DNA from: Patescibacteria group bacterium
GTDB lineage: Bacteria; Patescibacteriota; Minisyncoccia; Phycocordibacterales; CAIZLB01
DNA length: 57,869 nt
Assembly (NCBI GenBank): GCA_040384865.1
Contig: JAZKIM010000004.1
Location: forward strand, 16,105-73,973
Reading direction: 5' to 3'
In this document: positions 36,445 through 45,559 of the stretch, in pieces
How the letters are laid out: each line of letters begins with the position of its first letter
Numbering within the stretch: the first letter of the stretch is position 1
Made by a program: the position numbers and the translations under genes
Notes under the pieces: model-generated
What the model saw: the letters and a program-made list of their open reading frames with translations, nothing else
Databases searched by the model: none
What the model was told of the DNA's origin: nothing

Positions 36445-38217
36445 ATGAAAACAAAACTGACAAAACAAGGTGGACAAGCGATGATAGTTGCCGTTATTTT
36501 CTTTCTCGGCATTTCATTGGTTTTTATGGCTGCAGTAGCAACGCCAGTTGCTAATCAAATTCGTGGAGCTTCTGGATTTATACAGTCAAAACAGGGATAT
36601 GTTTTAGCAGAGTCTTCGGTTGAGGATATTGTTTATCGTTTGAATACCGGGAAGACAGTAGGTTCTTCTGTGGACGGGTCTTTTAATGGGGTGGAAGCTT
36701 TGACTACTATCACTAATATTTCTTCGACAGTCAAAAGGATTCTAACGATTGTAACTGCGGGTGATTATATAAGAAAAATGCAGGCTGATGTATCCTTAGG
36801 AACTGGTATCGCTTTCAACTACGGGCTTCAGGCTGGAAATGGCGGGGTATTTATGAGCGGAAACTCTACCATAAATGGAAATATTTATTCTAATGGAGAT
36901 ATAGACGCTGCAAACGCTACGATTACAGGCACTGCAGTGGCTGCCGACAGTGCCGCTTTGGTTGCTGATCAATCAAATGATACACCTACTGTTCCTTTAA
37001 ATTCCATCACTTTCCGAAATGTTTCTGCAGCACAGGATTTTGCTCAGAGTTTTCAGGTATCAACTAGCTCACCGATAAATAAGGTTCAGTTTTATATAAA
37101 AAAAGTAGGAACACCATCGAACGCTTCTGTTCGTCTGGTTGCAGATAATGGTGGTTCCCCTAGTACTACAGGAATCTCTATCGGGTCGGTTTCATTGCTT
37201 TCTAGCCAGGTAAGTACTAATTATGGATGGGTGGAGGTGGTGTTTCCAGAAAATCCTTCCCTCATACCCGATACCACCTATTGGCTCGTTTTGGATAACA
37301 GCACTCAAAGTTCCTCTGAGTATTATGTAATTGGTGGTAATGCTGGATATGGTTTAGGCGAAGCAAAGACTGGTGCATATTCGGGTGTCTGGGTAGCAAA
37401 TAGTTATGATGGATATTTCAGATTGTATCTCGGAGGAATTACTTCAATGATCGGAGGAGGGTCGTCCGCTGGGTCATTAACGATTGGCCAAGGAGGTGTT
37501 GGGGATGCTTGGGCTTCAACAATAAGCGGCGTTAGTGTTGCCGGAAACCTATATTGCACTACAGGAACAGATAATAACAAAGCTTGTAATACCTCTCATG
37601 GATCCCCGTCGCCGCAACCTCTTCCTTTTTCAGAGGCAAATTTTCAGGATTGGAAAAATGAAGCTGCGTCTGGGGGTGTGATATCTGGAGATTACAGTGT
37701 GGGTTCAGGAGGAGCAACACTTGGCCCAAAGAAGATCACCGGAGATCTTACAATAAACGGTGGCGGCACACTTACACTAACCGGAACTATTTGGGTTCAA
37801 GGAACAGTTACTGTAAATGGTGGAGGAAGAATGATTTTACCATCAAATTTTGCAGATAATAGCGGGACAGTTATTTCAGATAGTATTGTGAGTATTTCAG
37901 GAGGAGGTTCTGCAGGTTCAGGCTCTGCAGGCAGCTATTTATTCATAGTTTCAACAAGTAAGTGTCCAGATGACGTTGGCTGTTCGGGAAGTAGTGCCGT
38001 AAACATCAGCGGTGGCGCTGGTGCTATTGCTGTAAATGCCCAATCAGGAGGTGTTGATTTAGGAGGAGGTGCTCAAATAAAGGCGGCTGTGGGCAATATT
38101 GTAACAATATCTGGAGGCAGTGTCGTCACTTATGACTCAGGGCTCGCTAGCCCAAGTTTTCAGAATGGTCCGTCGGGAAGCTATCTTCTTTCTAACTGGA
38201 TAGAGCTTACCAATTAG
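36445..38217 (+). CDS. large pilus-associated protein: PilX-like N-terminal helix, central beta-sandwich-like module, G/S/N-rich beta-helix-like repeats
   Basis: The N-terminus KQGGQAMIVAVIFFLGISLVFMAAV is hydrophobic and pilin-like but lacks Glu+5. The C-terminal half is rich in GGG/SGG/NGG-spaced short beta-strand repeats (ITGDLTINGGGTLTLTGTIWVQGTVTVNGGGRMIL...). It is the last gene of the pil operon and is followed by a terminator. Confidence 0.75.
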   Translation: MKTKLTKQGGQAMIVAVIFFLGISLVFMAAVATPVANQIRGASGFIQSKQGYVLAESSVEDIVYRLNTGKTVGSSVDGSFNGVEALTTITNISSTVKRILTIVTAGDYIRKMQADVSLGTGIAFNYGLQAGNGGVFMSGNSTINGNIYSNGDIDAANATITGTAVAADSAALVADQSNDTPTVPLNSITFRNVSAAQDFAQSFQVSTSSPINKVQFYIKKVGTPSNASVRLVADNGGSPSTTGISIGSVSLLSSQVSTNYGWVEVVFPENPSLIPDTTYWLVLDNSTQSSSEYYVIGGNAGYGLGEAKTGAYSGVWVANSYDGYFRLYLGGITSMIGGGSSAGSLTIGQGGVGDAWASTISGVSVAGNLYCTTGTDNNKACNTSHGSPSPQPLPFSEANFQDWKNEAASGGVISGDYSVGSGGATLGPKKITGDLTINGGGTLTLTGTIWVQGTVTVNGGGRMILPSNFADNSGTVISDSIVSISGGGSAGSGSAGSYLFIVSTSKCPDDVGCSGSSAVNISGGAGAIAVNAQSGGVDLGGGAQIKAAVGNIVTISGGSVVTYDSGLASPSFQNGPSGSYLLSNWIELTN

Positions 38218-38225
38218 TTTTGGAC

Positions 38226-38256
38226 AAAAATTCCCGCCCGCCCGGCGGGTTTTTTT
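38226..38256 (+). terminator. rho-independent terminator of the pil operon
   Basis: aaaaa ttcccgcc-cgccc-ggcggg ttttttt. Confidence 0.8.
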
Positions 38257-38278
38257 GTTATAATACCCGGCATACTCT

Positions 38279-39202
38279 ATGAAGAAAAATAAACGACCCT
38301 TAATTATTGGCAACTGGAAGACGAATCCTGCAAGTTTTGATAGAGCCAAAGAAAGGTTTAGAGCTATCAAACAGTCAGCGGCGGAACATTCAAGCATTGA
38401 TGTTGTCATTTGTCCTCCCTTTCCATATATTTCAGCATTGTCAGGTCTTATAAACACAAAGAATATCTTAGTCGGGGCTCAGGATCTTTCTGTCTACAGT
38501 GAAGGATCAAAAACTGGTGAGGTCAGTGCTCATATGATTGAATCATCAGGCGCTTCCGCTGTTATCATTGGTCATTCAGAGAGGAGGGCTATGGGTGAAA
38601 CGGATACTGTTGTTGCTGCAAAGATGGGCCAAGCGCTGAAGACAGGTATGCAAGTCATTCTTTGTGTCGGTGAAACAGATCGAGACAATGATGGTAAATA
38701 TCTTGGAGTGATAAAGAACCAATTGAAGGAAGCTCTCACCACAATCGAACGTCCACAGTTCAAGCAAATCATAGTTGCATATGAACCAGTGTGGGCAATT
38801 GGCAGAAAAGATAATGTAGCAATTACTTCGCACGATCTTCATCAGATGGTTATTTATATAAAAAAGCTTTTTACGGAATGGTGGAGCGATACGATCGCTT
38901 CAATTGTTCCGATATTGTATGGTGGTTCAGTTACTGCCGAGAACGCACAAGACATTATGTGGAACGGAATGGTAGATGGATTGTTGGTTGGTCGTGCTAG
39001 TTGGGAAGTAGAAACTTTCGGACCGTTACTCGGAGCTGTCGATTCGCGACAAAAATCAACAATAAAGCTGACGACAAAGAAACCCCGAGAGGATGCACGA
39101 AAGGAGGCACAGCTGAAGGCAAAGAAGATTTTAAAGAAGACTGTTGTAAAAAAGGTAATAAAGAAAAAAACAAAGCGAGCTTCAAAGAAAGGTAAGCGAT
39201 AG
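38279..39202 (+). CDS. tpiA: triosephosphate isomerase with a ~55-aa lysine-rich C-terminal extension
   Basis: PLIIGNWKTN, IIGHSERR, VAYEPVWAIG and YGGSV motifs. After about residue 250 the sequence becomes ...KSTIKLTTKKPREDARKEAQLKAKKILKKTVVKKVIKKKTKRASKKGKR. Confidence 0.9.
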   Translation: MKKNKRPLIIGNWKTNPASFDRAKERFRAIKQSAAEHSSIDVVICPPFPYISALSGLINTKNILVGAQDLSVYSEGSKTGEVSAHMIESSGASAVIIGHSERRAMGETDTVVAAKMGQALKTGMQVILCVGETDRDNDGKYLGVIKNQLKEALTTIERPQFKQIIVAYEPVWAIGRKDNVAITSHDLHQMVIYIKKLFTEWWSDTIASIVPILYGGSVTAENAQDIMWNGMVDGLLVGRASWEVETFGPLLGAVDSRQKSTIKLTTKKPREDARKEAQLKAKKILKKTVVKKVIKKKTKRASKKGKR

Positions 39203-39210
39203 AAATACAT

Positions 39211-40356
39211 ATGAATATTAAATCAATCAAAGAGATGGGGGATATAAAAGGAAAAAAGGTAATTGTTCGATTCGATTTTAATGTACCAATTCAGGACGGA
39301 AAAGTGGTTGATGATTTACGCATCAAAAAAAGCTTGCAAACATTGAGTTTCCTGAGAAATGCTGGAGCAAAAACAATCATCATTTCACACATCGAGGCAA
39401 AAGACGGTTCCACCATCACGCTTGAGCCTGTCGCTGATTATCTTAAAATACTTGCACCTTTAAATTTTGTTAAAGATTTTCTCAACAAAGATATTGCCTC
39501 TGTAGCTGTCGATGCGATGAATAATGGTGACGTGGTTTTGTTTGAAAATCTTCGCCTTAGTAAGGGAGAAAAGAAAAATGATCTCGACTTCTCTGCATAT
39601 CTTGCCAGCTTTGGTGATATGTATGTCAATGACGCATTTTCGGTGTCCCATCGAGAACATGCCTCTGTCGTTGGAGTTCCAAAGCTTTTACCACATTACG
39701 CCGGCTTTAATTTGATTGAAGAAATAGAAAATTTGAATTCTGTTGCTAACCCAGAACGGCCTTTTTTGTTTATTCTTGGCGGTGCGAAGTTTGAAACAAA
39801 AATGCCACTTATTCAGAAATTTATTGATAAGGCAGATTCTATTTTTGTTGGTGGTGCGTTGATGAATAACTTTTTTAAGGAGCAAGGACTTAATGTCGGT
39901 AAGTCTCTCGTATCGGAAGGAACTTTTAATCTTGTTGAGTTGTCAAAAAGTCCGAAAGTGATTTTACCAATTGACGTGGTGGTAAAAACAGTCGATGGTA
40001 GTAGTCATGTTAAGTTTGTTCAGGAGGTTTCTGATACTGATTGGATTGTCGATGTCGGCCCTGCATCTGTAGAAAAGTTAGCTCCAGTCATTTTCGGTGC
40101 AAAATTAATTTTATGGAACGGACCGATGGGAAATTATGAAGAAGGATTCAAGGGCCAAACTTTGGGTATTGCAAAGTTAATTGTGGATTCAGGTGTGAAC
40201 GCTGTTCTTGGAGGGGGAGACACCACGGCTGCTGTTGCAAGTCTAGGCCTTGATGGTGATTCAGATCGAAATACTATTTTTGTTTCTACAGGTGGTGGCG
40301 CAATGTTGGAGTATCTCTTGAACGAGACGTTGCCGGGGATTGATGCGTTGAAGTAA
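39211..40356 (+). CDS. pgk: phosphoglycerate kinase
   Basis: VRFDFNVP...DDLRIKKSL...ISHIE...ENLRL...NDAFSVSHREHAS...GGAKFETK...GGGDT...STGGGAMLEYL. Confidence 0.93.
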   Translation: MNIKSIKEMGDIKGKKVIVRFDFNVPIQDGKVVDDLRIKKSLQTLSFLRNAGAKTIIISHIEAKDGSTITLEPVADYLKILAPLNFVKDFLNKDIASVAVDAMNNGDVVLFENLRLSKGEKKNDLDFSAYLASFGDMYVNDAFSVSHREHASVVGVPKLLPHYAGFNLIEEIENLNSVANPERPFLFILGGAKFETKMPLIQKFIDKADSIFVGGALMNNFFKEQGLNVGKSLVSEGTFNLVELSKSPKVILPIDVVVKTVDGSSHVKFVQEVSDTDWIVDVGPASVEKLAPVIFGAKLILWNGPMGNYEEGFKGQTLGIAKLIVDSGVNAVLGGGDTTAAVASLGLDGDSDRNTIFVSTGGGAMLEYLLNETLPGIDALK

Positions 40357-40416
40357 TTCGATATAAAAGAAGAACCATTCGAAAATTAAAGAGTAGATTG
40401 AGAGGCCGTCTTTGGC

Positions 40417-40847
40417 TTATTCTAGTGCCTTCTTTATTTTTCCTTGTACTACCTCAATTTCTCCCTCTTTATATGGCTTATGTCCCCAATGTTTATATCC
40501 ATCTTCGTTGTAACGAGGGATGACATGAAAGTGTGCGTGAGGTACTTCCTGGCCGGCTGCTGATTCGTTGTTCATGGCGATATTGATACGTCGGCGTCCA
40601 CACCGTTCTTTATAGCAAGAGCCATTTTTTGGGCGGTTATGATCATTCGACAGAGGGTTTCACTGGGTGTGCCATAAATGTTTTCGAAATGGTCTTTTGG
40701 AATAACAAGCGTGTGGCCGTGATTGTTTGGGCTGATATCTAAAAAAGCCACAGTTTCATCATCCTCATAAACCTTGAAGGCTGGGATTTTACCTGCAACA
40801 ATACCGCAAAATATGCAATTTTCGTCGATTTGGTGCTCTGTTTTCAT
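40417..40847 (-). pseudogene. HIT-family (histidine triad) hydrolase interrupted by a 1-nt frameshift
   Basis: The N-terminal frame (the track ORF 40572-40847) ends ...[14 protein letters not shown]. The next frame continues [39 protein letters not shown]...ALE*, which contains the HxHxHxx triad. Total span is 431 nt, one nt short of 144 codons. The shift lies at about 40587-40591 (gccgac-g-tatcaat). Confidence 0.8.
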
Positions 40848-40884
40848 ATAAATTATATCTTTGATTGTATGCTAAAATCATCGA

Positions 40885-42609
40885 ATGGCAAATTACTCCG
40901 TTCGACCCTGGGAGGGTGACAGTCTTCTCGATCACCTCCTGTTTCATCGGGGAATTACTGACCCGACGGAGCGAGAGGCTTTTCTTTCTCCTGATTATGA
41001 AAAGGGAATTCATGACCCGATGATGTTTGCGGATATTAAGCCTGCTATTAAGCGAATCCGTAAGGCGATTAAGGATGGCGAACGAATAGCAATTTTTAGT
41101 GATTTTGATGCAGATGGTCTTCCGGGCGCTACTATTCTCCACGATTTCTTTAAGAAGATTTCATATTTAAATTTTGAAAACTATATTCCACATCGCCACC
41201 TTGAAGGATTTGGTTTGAACAATGAGGCTATTGATAAGATGCATGATCGTGGTACGAATCTCATCATTACCATAGATTGCGGTATCACTGACGTTGAGAA
41301 AGTTGATTACGCAAACTCACTCGGTATTGATGTAATTATTACTGATCACCATCTGCCGGGTGTCCAATTGCCGAAGGCGCTTGCTGTTATCGATCCAAAA
41401 CGAGAAGACTGCAAGTATGCGGAAAAGATGCTGTGTGGTTCGGGTGTAATATTTAAAGTGATTCAAGCCTTGTTGATCGATGACCGTTCTCGGTCAGAAA
41501 AAGATCAGATGTTTAGCGCTGCAAAAATTGGTTGGGAAAAATGGCTCTTGGATATGGTTGGTCTTGCAACTCTTTCAGATATGGTGCCACTTCGTGGCGA
41601 GAATCGGGTGTTTGCACATTTTGGTCTTCGTGTTTTACGAAAGAGTCCACGTCTCGGTATCATGAAGCTTTTACATTCACTTGGTGTGAAGCAGGAGACT
41701 TTAGTCGAAGATGATATTGGTTTTTTAATCACTCCACGCATTAATGCTGCGTCTCGAATGGCTGATCCAGTGGACGCATTTAAGATGCTGACAGCCGCTA
41801 CAGACGAAGAGGCAGATATTGCAGTGCGACATTTGAATAAACTGAATGATGAAAGAAAAGGCACGGTGGCAGCTATGATAAAGGAAATAAAAAAGAAGGT
41901 TGAAGAGCGTAGTCTCCAAGATCGGCCTGTGCTTGCTCTCGGCAACCCTAATTGGAAGCCTGCTTTACTTGGCCTTGCGGCTACTTCACTTGTAAGAGAC
42001 TATGGCCGTCCTGTGTTTTTATGGGGAAGAGATGAGAATGGAGTGCTCAAAGGGTCGTGTCGTTCTGATGGCGCGGCGGATATTGTTGAGCTCATGCGCT
42101 CGCTCGACCCAAAGATATTCATTGATAAAGGTGGGCATAAAATGGCCGGCGGCTTTTCTTTGTCAAATGAGTATGTTCATTTATTTGCCGATGCACTTTG
42201 CGAGAGTTATGCTGCTGTTGCGGCACAGCAGAAGGCTAATATTGAGGCGGGAATTATTATTGAAACATTTGTTGATGCCGTGCTTGATCCTCAAGATATT
42301 ACCTGGGAGACATATTCTCATATTGAAAAGCTCGCTCCTTTTGGTGAGGCAAACCCAAAACCTCTTTTTATGATCAAACAGGCCCCTCTTACTGGCATCA
42401 AAATGTTTGGTAAAACAGGAAATCATCTGGAAGTGAATTTTAGCGGCGCTCGTGGTAAGAAGGTTTCTGCCATACAGTTCTTTTGCGAGCCAACGGAAAA
42501 GTTGAATGCTTTGAAGGCAGGTGACGCTGTCAGTTTAGTAGTTACTATGGAAAAATCTGTATTTAGAAATTTCCCGGAGCTTCGATTAAGGATTGTTGAT
42601 ATACTGTAA
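40885..42609 (+). CDS. recJ: single-stranded-DNA-specific exonuclease RecJ
   Basis: DHH motifs IAIFSDFDADGLPG, TIDCGI and IITDHH. DHHA1 motif GGHKMAGGFS. Confidence 0.92.
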   Translation: MANYSVRPWEGDSLLDHLLFHRGITDPTEREAFLSPDYEKGIHDPMMFADIKPAIKRIRKAIKDGERIAIFSDFDADGLPGATILHDFFKKISYLNFENYIPHRHLEGFGLNNEAIDKMHDRGTNLIITIDCGITDVEKVDYANSLGIDVIITDHHLPGVQLPKALAVIDPKREDCKYAEKMLCGSGVIFKVIQALLIDDRSRSEKDQMFSAAKIGWEKWLLDMVGLATLSDMVPLRGENRVFAHFGLRVLRKSPRLGIMKLLHSLGVKQETLVEDDIGFLITPRINAASRMADPVDAFKMLTAATDEEADIAVRHLNKLNDERKGTVAAMIKEIKKKVEERSLQDRPVLALGNPNWKPALLGLAATSLVRDYGRPVFLWGRDENGVLKGSCRSDGAADIVELMRSLDPKIFIDKGGHKMAGGFSLSNEYVHLFADALCESYAAVAAQQKANIEAGIIIETFVDAVLDPQDITWETYSHIEKLAPFGEANPKPLFMIKQAPLTGIKMFGKTGNHLEVNFSGARGKKVSAIQFFCEPTEKLNALKAGDAVSLVVTMEKSVFRNFPELRLRIVDIL

Positions 42610-42620
42610 TCCAACTATTT

Positions 42621-43391
42621 ATGAATAGACAATCATCAAAAAAACTAAACAGCGAATTAAAACAAGTCATACTTTTTACTGACGGCTCATCTAGAGGTAA
42701 TCCGGGCCCTGGTGGATGGGGATCTGTGATGGTTTATCCCGATTCCCATGGAATTTTGAAGGTTGATGAATTGGGAGGTCGGGAGAAGGTCACTACCAAT
42801 AACCGCATGGAGATAAGTGCGGTTGCTTTTGGTCTTATGCACATTGATGGTTTTTATGAAAACTTGGGTGAAGTTTTATTTATTATCTACACAGATTCAA
42901 GTTATGTTCTTAATGGAGCTACTAAATGGATTCATGGTTGGAAAAGGAACAATTGGATATCGAGTACAAAAGAGCCAGTAAAGAATCAAGATCTTTGGGA
43001 GGAGTTATCTTTGGCTATTGAAGGTAAGAATATAGAATGGCGGTTGGTTCCGGGTCATGCCGGGGTTCCTGGCAATGAACGATGTGATGTTATTGCTACC
43101 TCTTTTGCTGATAGTAGCCCCGTTGATCTATATAAGGGTCCCATCTCGAAATATTTATTGAAAGATATATTGGATGTTTTGGATACCAATCACGCCGATA
43201 TTCCCCGAAATCCAAATAAAAAGTCTTCCTCAAAAGCATATTCATATATAAGTATGGTGGACGGGGATGTACAAACACACGCCACTTGGGTTGAGTGTGA
43301 AGCACGAGTAAAAGGTAAAAGTGGTGCAAGATTCAAGAAGTCGAGTTCTCCCCAAGATGAAGCAGAAATCATTAGACAATTTTCTGTATAG
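42621..43391 (+). CDS. rnhA: ribonuclease HI with a C-terminal hybrid-binding (viroplasmin-like) domain
   Basis: RNase H core: LFTDGSSRGNPGPGGWG...TNNRMEISA...IYTDSSYV...PGHAGVPGNERCDVIA. The C-terminus YSYISMVDGDVQTHATWVECEARVKGKSGARFKKSSSPQDEAEIIRQF fits the fY.V..G...G...tW.EC...V.g...ArFKKF....EA pattern of the HBD. Confidence 0.85.
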   Translation: MNRQSSKKLNSELKQVILFTDGSSRGNPGPGGWGSVMVYPDSHGILKVDELGGREKVTTNNRMEISAVAFGLMHIDGFYENLGEVLFIIYTDSSYVLNGATKWIHGWKRNNWISSTKEPVKNQDLWEELSLAIEGKNIEWRLVPGHAGVPGNERCDVIATSFADSSPVDLYKGPISKYLLKDILDVLDTNHADIPRNPNKKSSSKAYSYISMVDGDVQTHATWVECEARVKGKSGARFKKSSSPQDEAEIIRQFSV

Positions 43392-43556
43392 GTTTACTAT
43401 TTAAGTGAACAACACTCAGTAAAGACGCGTTCGATATTGCACACACAAGTCGAATTTCTATTTTAAAAACAGGTTAGAAATTCTCTCAAAAATTTCTGTA
43501 AAGTTTCTAGTAATCTTTAAGATTTTTTGATGGCCAATTAAGGCCTGGTTAGTAGG

Positions 43557-44969
43557 ATGGTAAGAGTGAAAAAGATTGAGATAGCGATCATTGTGATTGT
43601 GGTGATCGTCTGTTTTTTCAGATTTTTCACAAAGGTACGTGAAGATTTATTTCTTGTGCCTTGGAACGACAAGAAGGTTTCAGTTGAAGGGTTGGTAATT
43701 GAAGAGCCGGAAGATCGAGCGAATGGAACTCGCGTACTATTAAGAGTTTCAAAAATTTCTTTAGCAAGCAGTACGAGCTTTGCAAACAATGATTCATTTG
43801 TCTTGTCGACGGTCCGCACCTCACTCGATCTCAAATATGGGGATGTGGTAGTGATAAGTGGAACACTTGAAAAGCCTGAAGTAATCGTCGGCGAAGACGG
43901 TCGTTCTTTTGATTACCCTCATTACTTAGGGAAGAGCGGAATCTATTATTTGCTCAAAGGGATTGATATATCACGCACATCACAACATCAGGGAAATCGA
44001 ATAAAAGAATTTCTTCTCGACGTGAAGAAATCTTTCGTCGATAGCATCAATTCAGCACTCCCGGAGCCGCACTCGCTTTTGGCGAGCGGTTTGGTGGTGG
44101 CCGGAAAAGGAGCATTAAGTGACGATCTTCAAGAACAATTCAAGCGAGTTGGTTTGATTCACATCGTCGTACTTTCTGGATCGAATGTAACTATCATTGC
44201 AGAGGCGATTATTAAAACACTCTCATTTCTGCCGAGATTTGTCGGAGCTGTAGGAGGTATATTTGGAATCATTGCTTTCACTGTAATAGCTGGAGCAAGT
44301 GCGACTATTGTACGATCAGCCGTGATGTCTATCATTGCAGTCATTGGAAATGTTTTTGGTCGGCAAGGAGATGCGCTCCGCGCACTCATCATTGCCGCGT
44401 GCGGCATGTCTCTTTTGAATCCAGATATTGTCCTTTACGATCCGTCCTTTCAGTTGAGTTTTACCGGAACCCTTGGATTAATCTTGCTGGGTAATATCAC
44501 AGATAAATGGTTTTGCTGGATTCCTGATTGGGGAGGTTTGCGTACAATCATTTCAGCTTCGGTCGCAAGTCAGATTAGTATCACCCCGATGATACTTCAC
44601 ATGTCTGGTATGTATTCATTTGTCTCACTTGTCGTCAACATTCTAGTACTACCCCTTCTTCCTCTCACTATGCTCGTGGTGTTTCTAACTGGGTGCATGA
44701 GTTTCATTGCGCAAATATTATCAATTCCATTCTCGATTGTTTCATACAGCTTGCTTCAGTATGAGCTTTGGATTGTTGACTTGTTTTCTGGTTGGAATTT
44801 TGCAGCCGTTACCATTCCTACGTTGACCTGGCTCGCTGTCTTTGAAATCTATGGCGCGTATGTCCTCATATTTATTGTCTATCGAATATACAAAAAGTCT
44901 CATCCAATTAAGGACGAGACTCTTGTGAAACAACTTCAGCAGCTCGGTAAGAATTCGGAGAGGGGTTAG
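43557..44969 (+). CDS. comEC: ComEC/Rec2 DNA-uptake channel, N-terminal part (OB/DUF4131-like plus polytopic competence domain)
   Basis: 470 aa. An N-terminal TM helix and soluble OB-like segment are followed by many TM helices, with LASGLVVAGKGALS...VGLIHIVVLSGSNV... typical of the Competence domain. Confidence 0.8.
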   Translation: MVRVKKIEIAIIVIVVIVCFFRFFTKVREDLFLVPWNDKKVSVEGLVIEEPEDRANGTRVLLRVSKISLASSTSFANNDSFVLSTVRTSLDLKYGDVVVISGTLEKPEVIVGEDGRSFDYPHYLGKSGIYYLLKGIDISRTSQHQGNRIKEFLLDVKKSFVDSINSALPEPHSLLASGLVVAGKGALSDDLQEQFKRVGLIHIVVLSGSNVTIIAEAIIKTLSFLPRFVGAVGGIFGIIAFTVIAGASATIVRSAVMSIIAVIGNVFGRQGDALRALIIAACGMSLLNPDIVLYDPSFQLSFTGTLGLILLGNITDKWFCWIPDWGGLRTIISASVASQISITPMILHMSGMYSFVSLVVNILVLPLLPLTMLVVFLTGCMSFIAQILSIPFSIVSYSLLQYELWIVDLFSGWNFAAVTIPTLTWLAVFEIYGAYVLIFIVYRIYKKSHPIKDETLVKQLQQLGKNSERG

Positions 44970-45559
44970 GAGAGATATGATGCGAAACGCTCCTCAAGTT
45001 TCTTTCCGTTGATGTTCTTGAAAAATGCATCCACATACTTTTTCTTTTCGGACGGAACATAATCAAGCATGTATGAATGCTCCCACATGTCGAGAGCGAT
45101 TACGACCTTGAGGCCAGTGAGATGCCCGAGGTGTTGTTCATCCACCCAAGCATTTAAAAGTCTTTTTGTGGTTTCGTCATAGTACATGATTGCCCAGCCG
45201 ATACCTCGAGTCATTGCGATGGCTTTGAATCGAGTGATTGCAGCATCGAGATTGCCCCATTCAGCCGCAATTGCCGCGCTTAGTTTTCCATCAGAAAAAA
45301 TATCGGACGCACCACCTTCAAATTGTTCGAAATAGTATTCGTGGTTTCGCATGCCGTCGAATTCAAAACCAAATCGTCGCTGTAATTCGCCAAGAACGTA
45401 AGCGTTTTTTTCAGAGTCAGCAGAATATTCTGCGATTTTGTCGACGATGAGATTGGCGTGCTTAACGTAGCCAGCATAGAGCTTGAGGTGTTCTTCTATA
45501 GATTTCGACGAGATACCATCGAGCGTTCCGATATCGAACTTTCTTTCGGTGAATGACAT
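44966..45559 (-). CDS. Fe/Mn superoxide dismutase family protein (divergent N-terminus)
   Basis: All four metal-ligand contexts are retained: IEEH, GMRNHEYYF and LDMWEHSYMLDY (D..WEH). It lacks the usual HHxKHH string. Confidence 0.75.
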   Translation of the reverse strand: MSFTERKFDIGTLDGISSKSIEEHLKLYAGYVKHANLIVDKIAEYSADSEKNAYVLGELQRRFGFEFDGMRNHEYYFEQFEGGASDIFSDGKLSAAIAAEWGNLDAAITRFKAIAMTRGIGWAIMYYDETTKRLLNAWVDEQHLGHLTGLKVVIALDMWEHSYMLDYVPSEKKKYVDAFFKNINGKKLEERFASYLS

